In this document: positions 51,501 to 60,024 of the stretch, piece after piece | How the letters are laid out: each line of letters starts with the position of its first letter | How positions within the stretch are numbered: the first letter of the stretch is position 1 | From: Octopus bimaculoides | Lineage: Eukaryota | Assembly (NCBI RefSeq): GCF_001194135.2 | Contig: NC_068984.1 | Coordinates: forward strand, 87,408,525-87,472,524 | DNA: 64,000 nucleotides | Reading direction: 5' to 3' | Position numbers and translations under genes: made by a program | The notes under the pieces: generated by a model | Told to the model about the DNA's origin: nothing | What the model saw: the letters and a program-made list of their open reading frames with translations, nothing else | Database searches by the model: none

Positions 51501-54500
51501 GCTGATACCAGTCTTGTTAGTCCCAACACAACAGTTGCAAAATCAAATTATGCTAGATATTGCACAAATATGGCATTGCTTAAATTATACACCAATTGAG
51601 AAACAAATATTTATAGAAGGTAACCCATATGCAGCTTCTAAGTTTTCTTTTACAATAGGTGTGTGGTAAGAAGCTTGCGTTCCAACCACATGGCTCTGGG
51701 TTCAGTCCCACTGTGTGATACCTTGGGCAAGTGTCTTCTGCTATAGCCCTGGGCCAACTAAAGCCTTGTGAGTGGATTTAGTAGACAGAAACTGAAAGAA
51801 GCCCATCGTGTATATGTATATGTTTGTCTCTCCACCTTCACTTGACAACTGATGTTGGTATGTTGGTTTGGCAAAAAGAGGTCAATAGAATAAGTACTAG
51901 GCTTACAAAAAATACGTCCTGGGGTCGATTTGTTCGACTAAAGGTGGTGCTCCAGCATGGCTGCAGTTAAATGACTGAAACAAGTAAAAGAATAATAGTT
52001 CGTTAGCATTGAAATCAACCTACATTCACTGTATATACTCAAATGAACTGTGCACAAAACATTGATGAATGTCTTATTTAATCCCTGCTTCTTGCAGAAC
52101 AAATAGTTATGAAAGAGATGGTTCATATACTGCAGGTGCACAAGGCATCTTAAACCTGTGTTACAAAAGCGATTTTATTATTTCTTTAGCACATAAGAGG
52201 ATGAGCTCAACAATGGTTTAATGTTGCAAAACTTACACTAAAGGGCAGTAACTATCAACAACATTAATATAGATGAAGGAGGTACTTCACATCTCAACAT
52301 GCCATGAGAGTGAGGTTATGTGCTCATTTAACTTGCAAGAAACAACAACTAAATCTTACTCAAATGATACAGTATAATCTTGAAATTTCTCTTTTAGGGT
52401 TCATCTGATGTATACAGACCCCAATGTTTGCAACGGTTAGCTAGATTTGTTCTTGAAGCTTATGAAGCTGGTGTAAGTAGTTGGAAATTATTTCCTTTTC
52501 AAATAAAAGATAAAAACTTTTTCCTTTTTATATATATATTTGGTAAAAAATGTTTGTCTCTGTTGAAACAAACTTGAATCATATTATGTATTAAATGTAC
52601 AAATTATTCATTTCTTTATATATTTGTGTTAGCATTCATGTTTTTCTGTTTCCCACATTTTACCTAGTCAAGGGACTACCTATAGAAAAGACATCTGAGT
52701 ATAAAAAAATTTATTTTTATAATAGGCATATATCCACATTCAGTAAGCCTCCTTTAAGTGTATTAACACAGAAAATAGATCTGTATTTTCTGAGACATTT
52801 CAAAATATTATAGACAGGAAAAGATGGATAGAAATTATGGATATATGGGTAAGAAGCTTCTTTTTCATGTTTGTTTTATCATACATTAAAAAAGAAAGGA
52901 GGGATTTTGAAAACCTGGAAGAAAGCAATAAAATGCCATAAGAAAGAGAAATATCAAAAGGAATGTAATCCTATAAAATAGTAAAAAGGAAGTTGAACTT
53001 TCTATTCTTGTACAATGTGATTATCATCTTAAGTTTTGTTTATTATTTTATCATAAAAAGAGAAAGCTACTTGTTTACAAGCTGAGAATATTTCTCAGCA
53101 GTTAATTGGAATATCAAATTTAGGGCATGACTGAAATTATTTTCATAAACTGGAAGTGCACTAAGGAGGCTAAGAAATTACTATATTTTATTACATTATC
53201 AAAGTTTAGAAATTACCATATTTGGGTACAACAGGCAAAGTCAAAATATAGTTGGAATTTATTTTGCTATATTATATACTAGAATGGAAGATACAGGTGT
53301 AGAATCCTAGAATATTCTTAAGTAGTGAGCCTGGAAAAGCACAGGACAAGCAACAATTAAGCCTGGAAAAATACAGGTCAAGAAGAAAAAAAAATGTTTG
53401 TAAACAGGTTCTTGCATAAAATTATGATAGATAATCTAAATATGACCACTTTAAAATGAGAAGCTCATTAGCATGGAACCAAAGGTAGTTTTAGGTTGGT
53501 TGGTATCAAAAAGATTAAGCATCTTTTCACTTATCACTTATGACCCTAATATATATGTGCGTGATGTAAAATGTATGATTGTCTCTTTTTATTTGATAAA
53601 AAGATTGTTTTTCTATTTTTAAAAATTTTTTATAATCTTTCAGAGACCCAGTAAAAAAGCTCGATATCTTCCGATGATATTGTGTGCACCATACAACATT
53701 GAGCAACATATTTCTATAGTTATTGGAATCCCACCTTTGAATTTAGATGATCAAAGAAAGTAAGAAACCTAATTTCTTTTTCATGTAATGTTTGTTTTTA
53801 ACACAGCTAAGTCAGCTTTTCATTCTTTTCTCTTGCAATCAAAAATTTGTTGTAGCAAATTTTACTTAAAGGCATTTGTTATAGTTTCTTTTAATTTCTA
53901 ATGTTATGTATGAAATATAAAAAAAAAAACAATTAATTATTACCTGAAGGCTCATGGCTCAGAGTGTCGGGCTCACAATCGTGAGGTAGTGAGTTCGATT
54001 CTCAGACCGGGCTCTGTTGTGTTCTTGAGCTAGACAACTTTATTCCACATAGCTCCAGTTCACTCAGCTGTAGAAATATGTTGTGATGTCACTGGTGCCA
54101 AGCTGTACTAGCCTTTATCTTTCCCTTGGATAACATCAGTGGCATGGAGAGGGGAGGCTGGTATGCAGAGCGACTGCTGGTCTTCCACAAAATAACCTTG
54201 CCCGGACTTGTGCCTCAGAGGGTAACTTTCTAGGTACAATCCCATGGTTATTCATGACCGAAGGGGGTCTTTATTACCTGATGTGATGTGATTTCTAATT
54301 CCTCACTTTAGCATGTTAATCAATGGAAATAACCAGGTTATCTATGATTACACAGCTCTATAATTAAAAAGTGTTCTCCTTACCATAACAGAGGAGCTTA
54401 CCCCTTTAGCATTTGCATTACTCTGTCAAAAGTAAAGCTCATTTATTCACATTGTTCTGAATTAATCGTATTATCATTGTTGCTTTGAGATGTTGATGAT

Positions 54501-57090
54501 GTGGGTTTTTTTAGAATGACATTGTAGGGTAGGTGTGAGAGGTCAGATCTAGCTAAGTTCAACATAAAACAGGTAGAATGTTTGGGCCTGGTATGACAAG
54601 TTTAAATGCTAAAGGATTAAGACAAGCTATGGGAACTTCTGTATATTGATGACCTAGTTCTCAGAGCTGAATCTGTCAAACAATTAGAAAAGAAATTCTA
54701 AACTTAGAAGCAAAGTTATATTTATAGGTTAACTAATTAAATTCTGAGTTAATATTGTATTTATCATAATAATCTTCTATTTATATTAGACTAAAATCAG
54801 TAAGGTTTTACTAATTAAGTTCTTAGTTAAAATATGTACTGCTTTTTTATTAATGAAATTAGGTTCTACAGTGTCCTAATTGTATGTGAATTTGTATTCA
54901 TCAAAACTAACTGAATGTGATCTTCTTTACTTACCTACCTACCTTCCTTCCTTTTGATAATATTTGTTATCATTATATGTGGTTGTGTGTGTATATAAAA
55001 ATGTTTGATTAGTACTGGTGTGCTGGTGTAACAATTTCTGTGGTTAAAAACGCTAGAAACTGAAAATAAATTTCAGGCCAGACTTATTTTTATCTTGAGC
55101 GTCAGAGGAATAAAAGTAGAACAAGTAAGACATAAAATAGTATTTTGAAGATGGTTTCTTTCTCATTTCAGTTTTTTTGGAAAGGCATTTGAACAAGCAG
55201 CTTTGGCTACGAATTCTCGGATATTACACAACCATTTTGACGACTTCAGTAAGTTATTTTCTGCTAATGACTGAGTGGAGGAATGTTTGAATAGTTTTGA
55301 ATCTAAGGAATATATTAAAACCCACCACCATGGATTTCTATTTTTGACCTTTCTATAATTTGCCTTTTATTTGTCAAACTTGTCAAGTCCTGAACTTAGA
55401 CAGTCAACTATCTGTCACTGCTTTATCAGCAAAGCTATTCAAATACCTCTGTAAATTCTTATTGCAGAACCACAATATTGCCTAATTTAGAATTGTTTTA
55501 TTTCATTAAGGTACACATACTAATTTTTGAACAGCTCAAATGTTAAATTGATAATATGAATCTTTCAAATGTAATGGCATTAAGAAATCTATATACTTAC
55601 CTATGTGCCTACCTATCCACCCATACATACACATTCCAGAATTTCTTAATATATATTATGTAATATATGTACATATTGATATAACTCTGTGTTTAAGAAG
55701 TTTGCTTCCCAACCACATTTGGTTCAGTCCTAGTGCATGGAACCTTTTGTCAAGTGTCATCTGTTTTAGTTCCAGGCCAATCAAGGTCTTGTGAATGAAT
55801 TTGGTTGATGGAAAGTGAAAGAAGCCTACTGTGTGTGTTTGTGTCTCCTTGTGTTGCAGTCATACAAGCTGTGTCGCTTTTCCAATATTCTGTGAAAGCA
55901 TATCTGGCCATAGAGAAATATTACTTTGCTTGAGGATTGGTGATAGCAAAAGCATCTGGCTGTAGAAAATTTGCCTCAATAAACTCAGTTCACTGTTACC
56001 AGGCATGGAAAAGTAGATATTAAAATGAAAAGGATAACCATGTGGTAAAGAAGTTTGCTCCCTAATCATACGGTTTTGGGATCAGTCCTTCTGTGTAGCA
56101 CTTAGGGCAAGTGTTTGTCTACAATAGCACTGGGCCAACAAAAGCCTTGTGAGTACTTGTAATAAACAAAAGAACATGTGTTTTATATGTTAGTAGGAAG
56201 TGGTGTGTAAAGTAAAGTTTTTAGTCAATGCCAGATCAATTTGAGCCTGGTGCAGCCTCTGGCTCACCAGTCCTCAGTCAAACTGTCCAACCCATGCTAG
56301 CATGGAAAGTGGATGTTAAACGATGATGATGATTGACATTGATGATTGAATTATTCTAGACATTTTCTCAATAAATATTGTAGACTTTTACAGGTTTCTA
56401 AAGTAACAGAAGCATTCTCTGATGGTGGGCTGGGAAGTCCATGGTTTGCTGTTACTTACTGCATTTTTAGTTTTACTTAATACAACTTGATGTCCATAGT
56501 CTTGAATGGGCCTCTCAAAATTCCATTTGTGCAATTATATGACAACTGATAAGTCAGCTGTCTCAGGTTCTTATGCCATTGAGTGATGAACCTCAGCTAG
56601 GAAACTTTTTATCTTAGGTCATCATAACAATATATATAGGGAAGGCAGGACATCAAAAACGACTGGTGACTTGAATGCCATAATACCACCCAAAATGTGG
56701 AGCATGGTGTGTTTATCATAACACCTGCTTGCAGTATGATTGTATTGTAGAAACATTCTGAGTGATACCAAAAAAAAAGGGTCTGTCAAAGGCTTTCTCT
56801 ATTACAATAAAGCACTGTAGAGTTGTTTATAAGTCCTGTATCTTTATTCACACCATAGTGCTTATATTAGTATATAGGGAAAAAAGAAAAACTTTATCTC
56901 AGTATTGATACAGCGCTTGGTATTCCTCTTCACTTTCTTATGTAGTTATTTGTTTTAAACTTGTTACGCTGTTTTTTTTTTATGTTCTTGAGTTCATATT
57001 TTTTTAAAAAATACTTTCTTTTCAGTTTTACTAATAAACACTGATGACAAAGAGAAGTTTTTTGATGCTCTGATCAATATATTGCAGTAA
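4297..57090 (+). CDS. CDC45: CDC45 (cell division control protein 45 homolog), coding exons 2-18. join(4297..4356,8324..8416,10361..10455,17838..17952,20790..20905,21516..21564,27507..27568,33527..33637,39689..39880,41854..41952,42843..42954,44133..44188,49773..49911,52398..52472,53644..53759,55172..55248,57026..57090). 5'-partial: the exon with the ATG was not found.
   Basis: The 17 AG/GT(GC)-bounded exons have matching phases and sum to 1632 nt, giving one uninterrupted frame ending in TAA. The peptide carries hallmark CDC45 motifs: VDALCACKILQ, LFQCD, INCGA, DSHRP, GVTDQ, RHWTLFES, KKLQEFLADMG, GPFLY, GIPP, NFFGKAFEQAA, KFFDAL. Confidence 0.97.
5622..5790 (+). mobile_element. Young RTE family A 3'-end insertion inside the TIR element
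   Basis: gagtggttggcgttaggaagggcatccagctgtagaaac...gttaaacgatgatgatgat. Confidence 0.85.
5861..5925 (+). repeat. Degenerate telomere-like (TTAGGG)n tract inside the TIR element, running into the gap
   Basis: ggttagggttaggattttaggattagggttttacggttagggtttgggttttagggttagggtt. Confidence 0.8.
6938..7080 (-). mobile_element. Short (TA)n-associated element with a divergent hammerhead-like motif (7034-7070) and AATAAA; possible Penelope-derived terminal repeat
   Basis: Minus strand reads CTA-TTGAAAA-G-GTTGCA(aga)TGCAAT-GAAAATTT-TAG, then AATAAA, then ends in (TA)n, the same order as the 31100 element. Confidence 0.35.
7090..7520. repeat. Degenerate (TG/TATG)n low-complexity tract
   Basis: Directly visible; it explains the spurious C/V/M-rich ORFs here. 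Confidence 0.9.
7550..7910 (-). mobile_element. Penelope-like element fragment: GIY-YIG (Uri) endonuclease
   Basis: ICTNDNCVVCRISPGINCRTRNVVYSIRCIGVCKDMNMTYIGETSRSITERLNEH has the CxxC-rich leader, VVY...YIGET and ER..EH motifs. Confidence 0.8.
8324..8416 (+). CDS. CDC45: CDC45 exon 3 (YLFQCDQVLYSIIPITGKESLETSFMDNCEG)
   Basis: poly-T ttgcag|tat ... ggg|gtatgt; 93 nt. Confidence 0.95.
8633..8923 (-). mobile_element. tRNA-derived SINE family C
   Basis: Minus-strand head gtggaggtgcaatggcccagtggttagggcagcagactcgcgg...ggtttcgattcccagacc, with A and B boxes. Confidence 0.8.
10116..10338 (+). mobile_element. tRNA-derived SINE family B with (ATT)n tail. Other copies: 9855-9990(-), 21195-21402(+), 61515-61711(-)
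   Basis: Head gagctggcagaatcgttagcac...gagttcaa.ttcc. The 61515 copy has a 16-bp TSD CCAGAACAATCAAATC (61499-61514, 61712-61727). Confidence 0.8.
10361..10455 (+). CDS. CDC45: CDC45 exon 4 (VKHIVMINCGASFDVVELLQPEKDVCFYIFDS)
   Basis: ttttag|gtt ... ag|gtaaaa; 95 nt, ends phase 2. Confidence 0.95.
10518..10906 (-). mobile_element. tRNA-derived SINE family A (~390 bp), well-preserved copy. Other copies: 11340-11610(+), 12060-12385(-), 19915-20082(-), 40718-41105(-), 42130-42536(-), 48590-48722(-), 51655-51992(+), 55680-55850(+), 56040-56155(+)
   Basis: Head ggcgcaggagtggctgtgtggtaagtagc...gggtttagtccc (A and B boxes), central TG/TA tract, tail (AAAAGAGT)n. Confidence 0.88.
12625..13378 (+). 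mobile_element. RTE family A 3' fragment (ORF end, modular 3' UTR, tail)
   Basis: KLERNEAGMLRWMC...LHWYGHVMHM...CGRGRP.KTW.EVV; followed by repeated ...ggcacgtaaaaagca modules. Confidence 0.85.
14095..16790 (-). mobile_element. RTE family A, degraded long copy: APE endonuclease, RT, PHD-like finger, internal deletion, 3' tail
   Basis: YRVGSVNVDTLK (APE start), ISAYA, LAFVDLEKAFDRVP, GVHQGSVLSPLLF, LLYADDLVL, CLICRKGVGRNSIRCTRCKLWTHKRC; many stops and frameshifts. Confidence 0.9.
17838..17952 (+). CDS. CDC45: CDC45 exon 5 ([38 protein letters not shown])
   Basis: tttcag|t cac ... gag|gtaagt; 115 nt. Confidence 0.95.
18362..18760 (-). mobile_element. RTE family A 3' fragment
   Basis: Tail at 18362 and 3' UTR motif on the minus strand. 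Confidence 0.7.
18790..19675 (+). mobile_element. RTE family A 3' fragment with a duplicated ORF-end/3' UTR block
   Basis: LERNEASM...HWYGHV; the agtgactgaga..ttgg.caata.gcca.gct.agaagacc block recurs 2-3 times. Confidence 0.8.
20790..20905 (+). CDS. CDC45: CDC45 exon 6, acidic loop and basic NLS-like stretch (DDMDSEDEDDETGYKQQKKQFDDKYIMKKRERRLWEENR)
   Basis: ttatag|gat ... ag|gtacag; 116 nt. Confidence 0.92.
21516..21564 (+). CDS. CDC45: CDC45 exon 7 (NKTLFTYTQFSSFGTS)
   Basis: tttcag|a aac ... tct|gtaagt; 49 nt. Confidence 0.92.
22203..23878 (+). mobile_element. RTE family A internal fragment (APE C-half to RT), degraded
   Basis: AGDFNGHV, SQLDYIL, NYRGIKLLDQVMK, QFGFMPGRST, FVDLEKAFDRVP, HQGSVLSPLLF. 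Confidence 0.88.
25075..26246 (-). mobile_element. Young 5'-truncated RTE family A copy nested in a family A SINE; spans a gap
   Basis: GEKLEVVDSFRYLGDQ...MLHGSETWAVTAEDIRKLARNEASMLRWMC is uninterrupted. SINE sequence stops at ~25072 (cttctttcagtttc) and resumes at ~26250 (cactcccaaggctatagtag). Confidence 0.85.
27507..27568 (+). CDS. CDC45: CDC45 exon 8 (AALLMLEMAWTMSKDTNDLIW), followed by a GC donor
   Basis: ttaaag|gct ... atc tg|gcaagt; 62 nt. Only the GC donor keeps frame with exon 9. Confidence 0.92.
27700..30845 (+). mobile_element. RTE-type LINE family B, near full length (~3.1 kb), degraded: APE, RT, PHD-like finger
   Basis: LGSWNVGSL, GMGDFNGH, QIDFML, YRGVKLLE, FIDLEKAFDRVP, GVHQGS, LFADDLVL, PCGVCGRRVMANVVLCTKCRKWVHGRC..FICERC; strongly purine-biased. 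Confidence 0.88.
31116..31155 (+). ncRNA. Minimal type I hammerhead ribozyme-like motif (Penelope/retrozyme-type) in a ~110-bp element inside a (TA)n tract
   Basis: ACTGT-CCGATGA-AC(aggaac)GT-GAA-ACT(cag)AGT-A-ACAGT. Helix I ACTGT/ACAGT extends via TAACAAA/TTTGTTA (31109-31115/31158-31164). Core is CcGAUGA and GAAA, cleavage triplet GUA. AATAAA follows at 31182-31187. Confidence 0.72.
31211..31700 (+). mobile_element. Mariner (Tc1/mariner) internally deleted relic
   Basis: TA|TGAGGTGGTATCAAAAAGTTCC left end; RANVKFCTKLGK.ATETLSML.QAYGDEAM...CFEWHRHFKSGRT.LEDDEQSGRP (HTH), then IVHREF; right TIR not found. Confidence 0.78.
33527..33637 (+). CDS. CDC45: CDC45 exon 9 (LAVVGVTDQLLHYQISREKYIEDVMLLQSHLSRHNRR)
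   Basis: ttttag|g ctt ... ag|gtaaac; 111 nt. Confidence 0.95.
34545..35095 (+). mobile_element. RTE family A 3' fragment with five ~26-bp 3' UTR modules
   Basis: CGRGR motif; units such as catgtcagtgacacgtaaaaggcacc at ~34797-34928. Confidence 0.78.
36066..36125. repeat. Compound (GAT)n/(GGT)n microsatellite
   Basis: Directly visible. Confidence 0.9.
37215..37660 (+). mobile_element. RTE family A internally deleted fragment (RT end and PHD start fused to 3' UTR modules and tail)
   Basis: VNLAKTKVLVSRKTDKSQ..SERWPCLICRKGVGTKSI, then ~7 gtgccacatataaa-type modules. Confidence 0.78.
37856..39514 (-). mobile_element. Non-autonomous Helitron-like element (~1.65 kb, spans a gap)
   Basis: Minus-strand 5' end A|TCATATCTATAAAAGTCGAGATGTGTGTG; 3' end CCGGGCAAAGCCGGG...CTAG|T; no TSD; TA-tract flanks. 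Confidence 0.62.
39689..39880 (+). CDS. CDC45: CDC45 exon 10 (GESIEDSLPVNSLKIFFEEELQLIFYRHWTLFESICNSITTACKFKLWTMKGRKKLQEFLADMG)
   Basis: tttcag|a ggg ... gg|gtaagt; 192 nt. Confidence 0.96.
39990..40275 (+). mobile_element. RTE family A 3' UTR fragment
   Basis: Shared 3' UTR and (GAT)n tail. Confidence 0.75.
41330..41760 (-). repeat. CpG-rich ~430-bp LTR/pseudo-LTR-like element: 2 x 60-bp tandem units, 22-bp palindrome, minus-strand TATAAAA
   Basis: Units 41621-41680 and 41681-41740 (55/60 identical); palindrome 41736-41757; TATAAAAA at 41617-41610 on the minus strand. Confidence 0.55.
41854..41952 (+). CDS. CDC45: CDC45 exon 11 (LPLTQCQQKYNAMDPSVRNNVKELILKYVEKYG)
   Basis: ttatag|g tta ... 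gg|gtaggt; 99 nt. Confidence 0.95.
42843..42954 (+). CDS. CDC45: CDC45 exon 12 (LAPEDIIIPSFNSHYGYHKKINAADVVFACSTVLENT)
   Basis: tattag|a ttg ... aca|gtaagt; 112 nt. Confidence 0.94.
44133..44188 (+). CDS. CDC45: CDC45 exon 13 (VENNDTADSFFYAMDILQR)
   Basis: ttgtag|gta ... ag|gtaagt; 56 nt. Confidence 0.9.
46358..46573. mobile_element. Mariner-type MITE (216 bp); second copy in the opposite orientation at 48957-~49148
   Basis: TA|TGACGGAGTGCTGAAAAGTTTCTGGC ... GCCAGAAACTTTTCAGCACCCCTCG. Confidence 0.82.
49773..49911 (+). CDS. CDC45: CDC45 exon 14 (DCLSSLEKGIELSKKQIVRIVSQVQTLLDMRQVMCAGPFLYAFIRE)
   Basis: tttcag|a gac ... gaa|gtaagt; 139 nt. Confidence 0.95.
50090..51389 (-). mobile_element. 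Full-length (1300 bp) mariner transposon, transposase disrupted
   Basis: 32-bp TIRs 50090-50121 and 51358-51389 (29/32 match); TA TSD on both sides; minus-strand peptides LITQDKTWIHHYDPETKVQSKQW, LLQDKTPLH, YPPYSPNLAPSDFHLF (mariner DD34D-type motifs) split across frames. Confidence 0.93.
52398..52472 (+). CDS. CDC45: CDC45 exon 15 (GSSDVYRPQCLQRLARFVLEAYEAG)
   Basis: ttttag|ggt ... ggt|gtaagt; 75 nt. Confidence 0.9.
53644..53759 (+). CDS. CDC45: CDC45 exon 16 (RPSKKARYLPMILCAPYNIEQHISIVIGIPPLNLDDQRN)
   Basis: tttcag|aga ... aa|gtaaga; 116 nt. Confidence 0.94.
53945..54278 (+). mobile_element. tRNA-derived SINE family D (central gctccagttcactcagctg domain)
   Basis: Head with B box gagttcgattct; conserved-core-like central motif. 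Confidence 0.7.
55172..55248 (+). CDS. CDC45: CDC45 exon 17 (FFGKAFEQAALATNSRILHNHFDDF)
   Basis: tttcag|t ttt ... a|gtaagt; 77 nt. Confidence 0.95.
57026..57090 (+). CDS. CDC45: CDC45 last coding exon (ILLINTDDKEKFFDALINILQ*)
   Basis: tttcag|tt tta ... cag taa; 65 nt including stop. Confidence 0.95.
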
Positions 57091-57232
57091 AAAGAGGAAA
57101 TTGAACATTACATCCATGATGATAGTATGATGTTATCTGTTGATCCTGAAAGTTGTACAAAACATATTTTAATCCTTTATCATTATTCACATCATTGTTT
57201 TTATGACTCAGCATTTGTATGACATATGAAAA

Positions 57233-57367
57233 AATAAACTTTATCTTGATGCAAGAATTTCCAACTTGTTTTTGTTCCATTTACTTCCTACCCACTTTTT
57301 TCTTTACTGCTTATTTACCCCTACTGTTTTATTCAGTAACTTGAGTTTATACTTCTATTGTAATAAA
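57233..57367 (+). promoter_or_regulatory. Candidate CDC45 polyadenylation signals (AATAAA at 57233-57238 and 57362-57367)
   Basis: First AATAAA hexamers downstream of the stop codon. The context is AT-rich, so chance occurrence is possible. Confidence 0.4.
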
Positions 57368-57379
57368 ACAGTTGATAAA

Positions 57380-58200
57380 GAGGAAGCCTCATGTTGTCGT
57401 TGCAAACTAATTGATGTCTTTGATTCATTTTGATGGCTACAAATATTAAAAACTCTCCCACATACGAAGATTTGCAAACGGTACAATAATTTCAGTAGCT
57501 TGCATTGTCATCAAAGGAAATCTTTTTCTTAATCAACAACAAAAGTTTCCATTGCAAGAAATAAATTTGTTAGAAAGAATTGAAGATTGAAGATCAATTA
57601 TTTCATCTTTTCACAAGTTATCATCATGTCTTCCAATCTGGTTTTGAAGGGATGGATTATCTGAGCAGTGACATTATTGAACGTATCAAAATAATCATTG
57701 ATGTTGGTTTTTAAAGCAACCAGATGCTGACAGATTTCAGTGTCAAGTTTAGAAATATTGTTACAACTTTTGTTCATGTTTCAATCCTGAAATTCATAAT
57801 TGATTCAATTGATCCAAAAGTTACACACATTATCTTGTGCATCAATAATAGTAACTCATTCCTTGCATTTGAATTTTGAGCTGATTTACATGAGAAAAAA
57901 TATCTGTCAAGTAAGTTAATGCTTCGGTAAATTTCTTATTGCAGAAATGCTCATTCAAAGGGCATCTCCATTTCACTTTACTATTTTAAAATGCAAAATA
58001 AAAGAAGCCTAGTGGAGTAGAACAGTATGCTTTGGTCTAACCAGATCACAAAACACTATAAAAAGGCAATGATAGAGAGAATAATTGAGGGTGTATCATT
58101 AGTGACAACAGTTGAATTGATCATTTATTCAGTTGATGGATCATTCAGTCTGTTGCAATGTATGCAGTTTCTGAGGCAGTGTTGAAAATTATGAACTTCA
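57380..58200 (-). mobile_element. hAT (Charlie/Buster, ZBED5/SCAND3-like) transposase relic, C-terminal half
   Basis: Minus strand: KHTVLLH, FTEALTYLTDIFSHVNQLKIQMQG, EICQHLVALKTNINDYF, ATEIIVPFA, IKMNQRHQL...NMRL; frameshifted. Confidence 0.65.
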
Positions 58201-58249
58201 GGTGAGTTGAGGGAGCTACCAAAAATCTTTATGTAGTGTTAGGAAAGTC

Positions 58250-58975
58250 ATTTTCTTGCTCCTAGAGTCTCTAGATTAAGCAGAAGTTTTTCTTTGACTC
58301 TTCACTTGAAAGAATACTTGTGCTGCATAAACCTTCCCTTAAAATCATTAGCTGTTATGCTTGTGTAATGTCTTATGGTGTCATTGGATGGTATAAAGAG
58401 AGCTCTATAGATCACAGTCTTTGAAAAAAAAAAGGATCCTTCCAATGGACAGTTTGTGGAATTTCAACAGTTACAGGTATGGGTAGGTGCATGTTTCTGA
58501 TGTAGCATGCAATGCTGGAAGTCATATTATCTAAGCATAAGTAGCTAACCTTGTCCTTAGGGAAATTAAAGAGCCTATAACTAAGACTTTCTGGGAAATA
58601 CTCTCTAATTATGGTCAAGATGCTTTTATTTACGTTAGGCATAACATCTATATTGCATGGAGGATTAAACCAGATTACTTTTCTAGTTCTCTCTTCAGGT
58701 TTGTGGGTGGGTCTTGAGTTTCTCCATATACATTAACAAGTGAAACCACCCCTTGTTGGTGCCCTGTTATAATGGGGTACTGTCCTGTTGAAGATGTTTC
58801 TGCTAACGGGAAATTCTAGATTTCTAATTATGGTTAGGGAGTGGTTGGAGTTTCTATCGATCTAAACAGTTTCTTCATGCTTTCTATTGGAGTAGTTTAA
58901 GTTGGTGGTCACAGTTATTGTTAGGCCAAATTCTTTGAGGATGTTTATAAGTTTCTTTTGGGACTTATCCATGAT
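58250..58975 (-). mobile_element. Penelope-like element relic (RT thumb and GIY-YIG)
   Basis: KKLINILKEFGLTIT...SNH...RTRKVIWFNPPCNIDV...KVSYLC..NM...TCNC.NSTNCPLEG...VIYRA...DFKGRFMQHKYSF. Confidence 0.8.
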
Positions 58976-59248
58976 TCAAAACTGTGAGACCATTAGCCTT
59001 GTAGAAAGATGAACTTTTGAGGTGTGTATACTTTTTTAATGTATCCAAGATAACTTGATGTCAGTGACATTAACTCTGTTGTAGCTCGTGTATATGTCAA
59101 ACATACTCAGTAGGAATGATTGTCAAACATCCTAGCATTCAAAATGATTCTGACAGGGTCCTCTTTTCCAGCCCTATCTTGCTCTTCAGATGGTATCTGA
59201 AGTAAAGCAGCAAACCAGGGCCGGATATATAGGACCTTGTCACAACAA

Positions 59249-59386
59249 CACCTGTCCGTTGTGCCTTGCCTCGATTTTTGGCTAAACAAGCTGGAACGAC
59301 TCCTCTTCCACTTTTTGTGGAGAGGGGGAAAGCCGCTTGTGAGGCGCACCGTGTGCTGCCAGGGACCGCTAAAGGGTGGCTTGGGG
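59249..59386 (+). mobile_element. Tx1/L1-clade LINE RT C-terminal fragment
   Basis: LSVVPCLDFWLNKLERLLFHFLWRGGKPLVRRTVCCQGPLKGGLG matches the F.W.G...V.......P...GGLG motif. Confidence 0.75.
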
Positions 59387-59584
59387 ATATATATATATAA
59401 CTATATTTTTATATATATAACCATATATATGTATATTTATATATATATAAAACCATATATTTATTTATATATATATAACCATATATAGGACACAGACACA
59501 CATTCTCAGTTATATATATACATGTGTGTGTGTGTGTGTATGTATGCATCTATCTATCTAAACATATAGGGAAATCAGATCAAA

Positions 59585-59965
59585 TTTCAGTGAGTCATAC
59601 CCAATGACTGGCTCTTGTGCGGGTGGCACATAAGATGTACCATCCTGAGCGTGACCGTTCCCAGTACCGCCTGACTGGCCTTGAAGGGTTTTAGAGCGAG
59701 ATCGTTACCAGTGCCTCTGGACTGGCTCTTGTGCGGGTGGCACATAAAAGACACCATTTCGAGCGTGGCCGTTTTCGTGCGGGTGACACGTAAAAGCACC
59801 CACTACACTCTCTGAGTGGTTGGCGTTAGGAAAGGCATCCAGCTGTAGAAACTCTGCCAAATTAGATTGGAGCCTGGTGTAGCTATCCGGTTGCACCAGT
59901 CCTCAGTCAAATCGTCCAACCCATGCTAGCATGGAAAGCGGACGTTAAACGATGATGATGATGAT
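59585..59965 (+). mobile_element. Young RTE family A 3' UTR copy with modular repeats
   Basis: gactggctcttgtgcgggtggcacataa occurs twice; near-identical to the 2470-2687 copy. Confidence 0.85.
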
Positions 59966-60024
59966 ATATATATATGTATATTTATATATATGTATATATA
60001 TATATATATATACATATGTATATA

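Noticed and set aside
59107-59236. Possible terminal exon of a neighbouring minus-strand gene (..EEQDRAGKEDPVRIILNARMFDNHSY*)
   Set aside because: No recognisable homology or convincing acceptor, and the ORF runs into a Tx1 fragment.
59590-59800. Repeat-spacer pattern superficially like a CRISPR array
   Set aside because: Eukaryotic context, irregular units, no cas genes; it is the modular 3' UTR of the RTE family.
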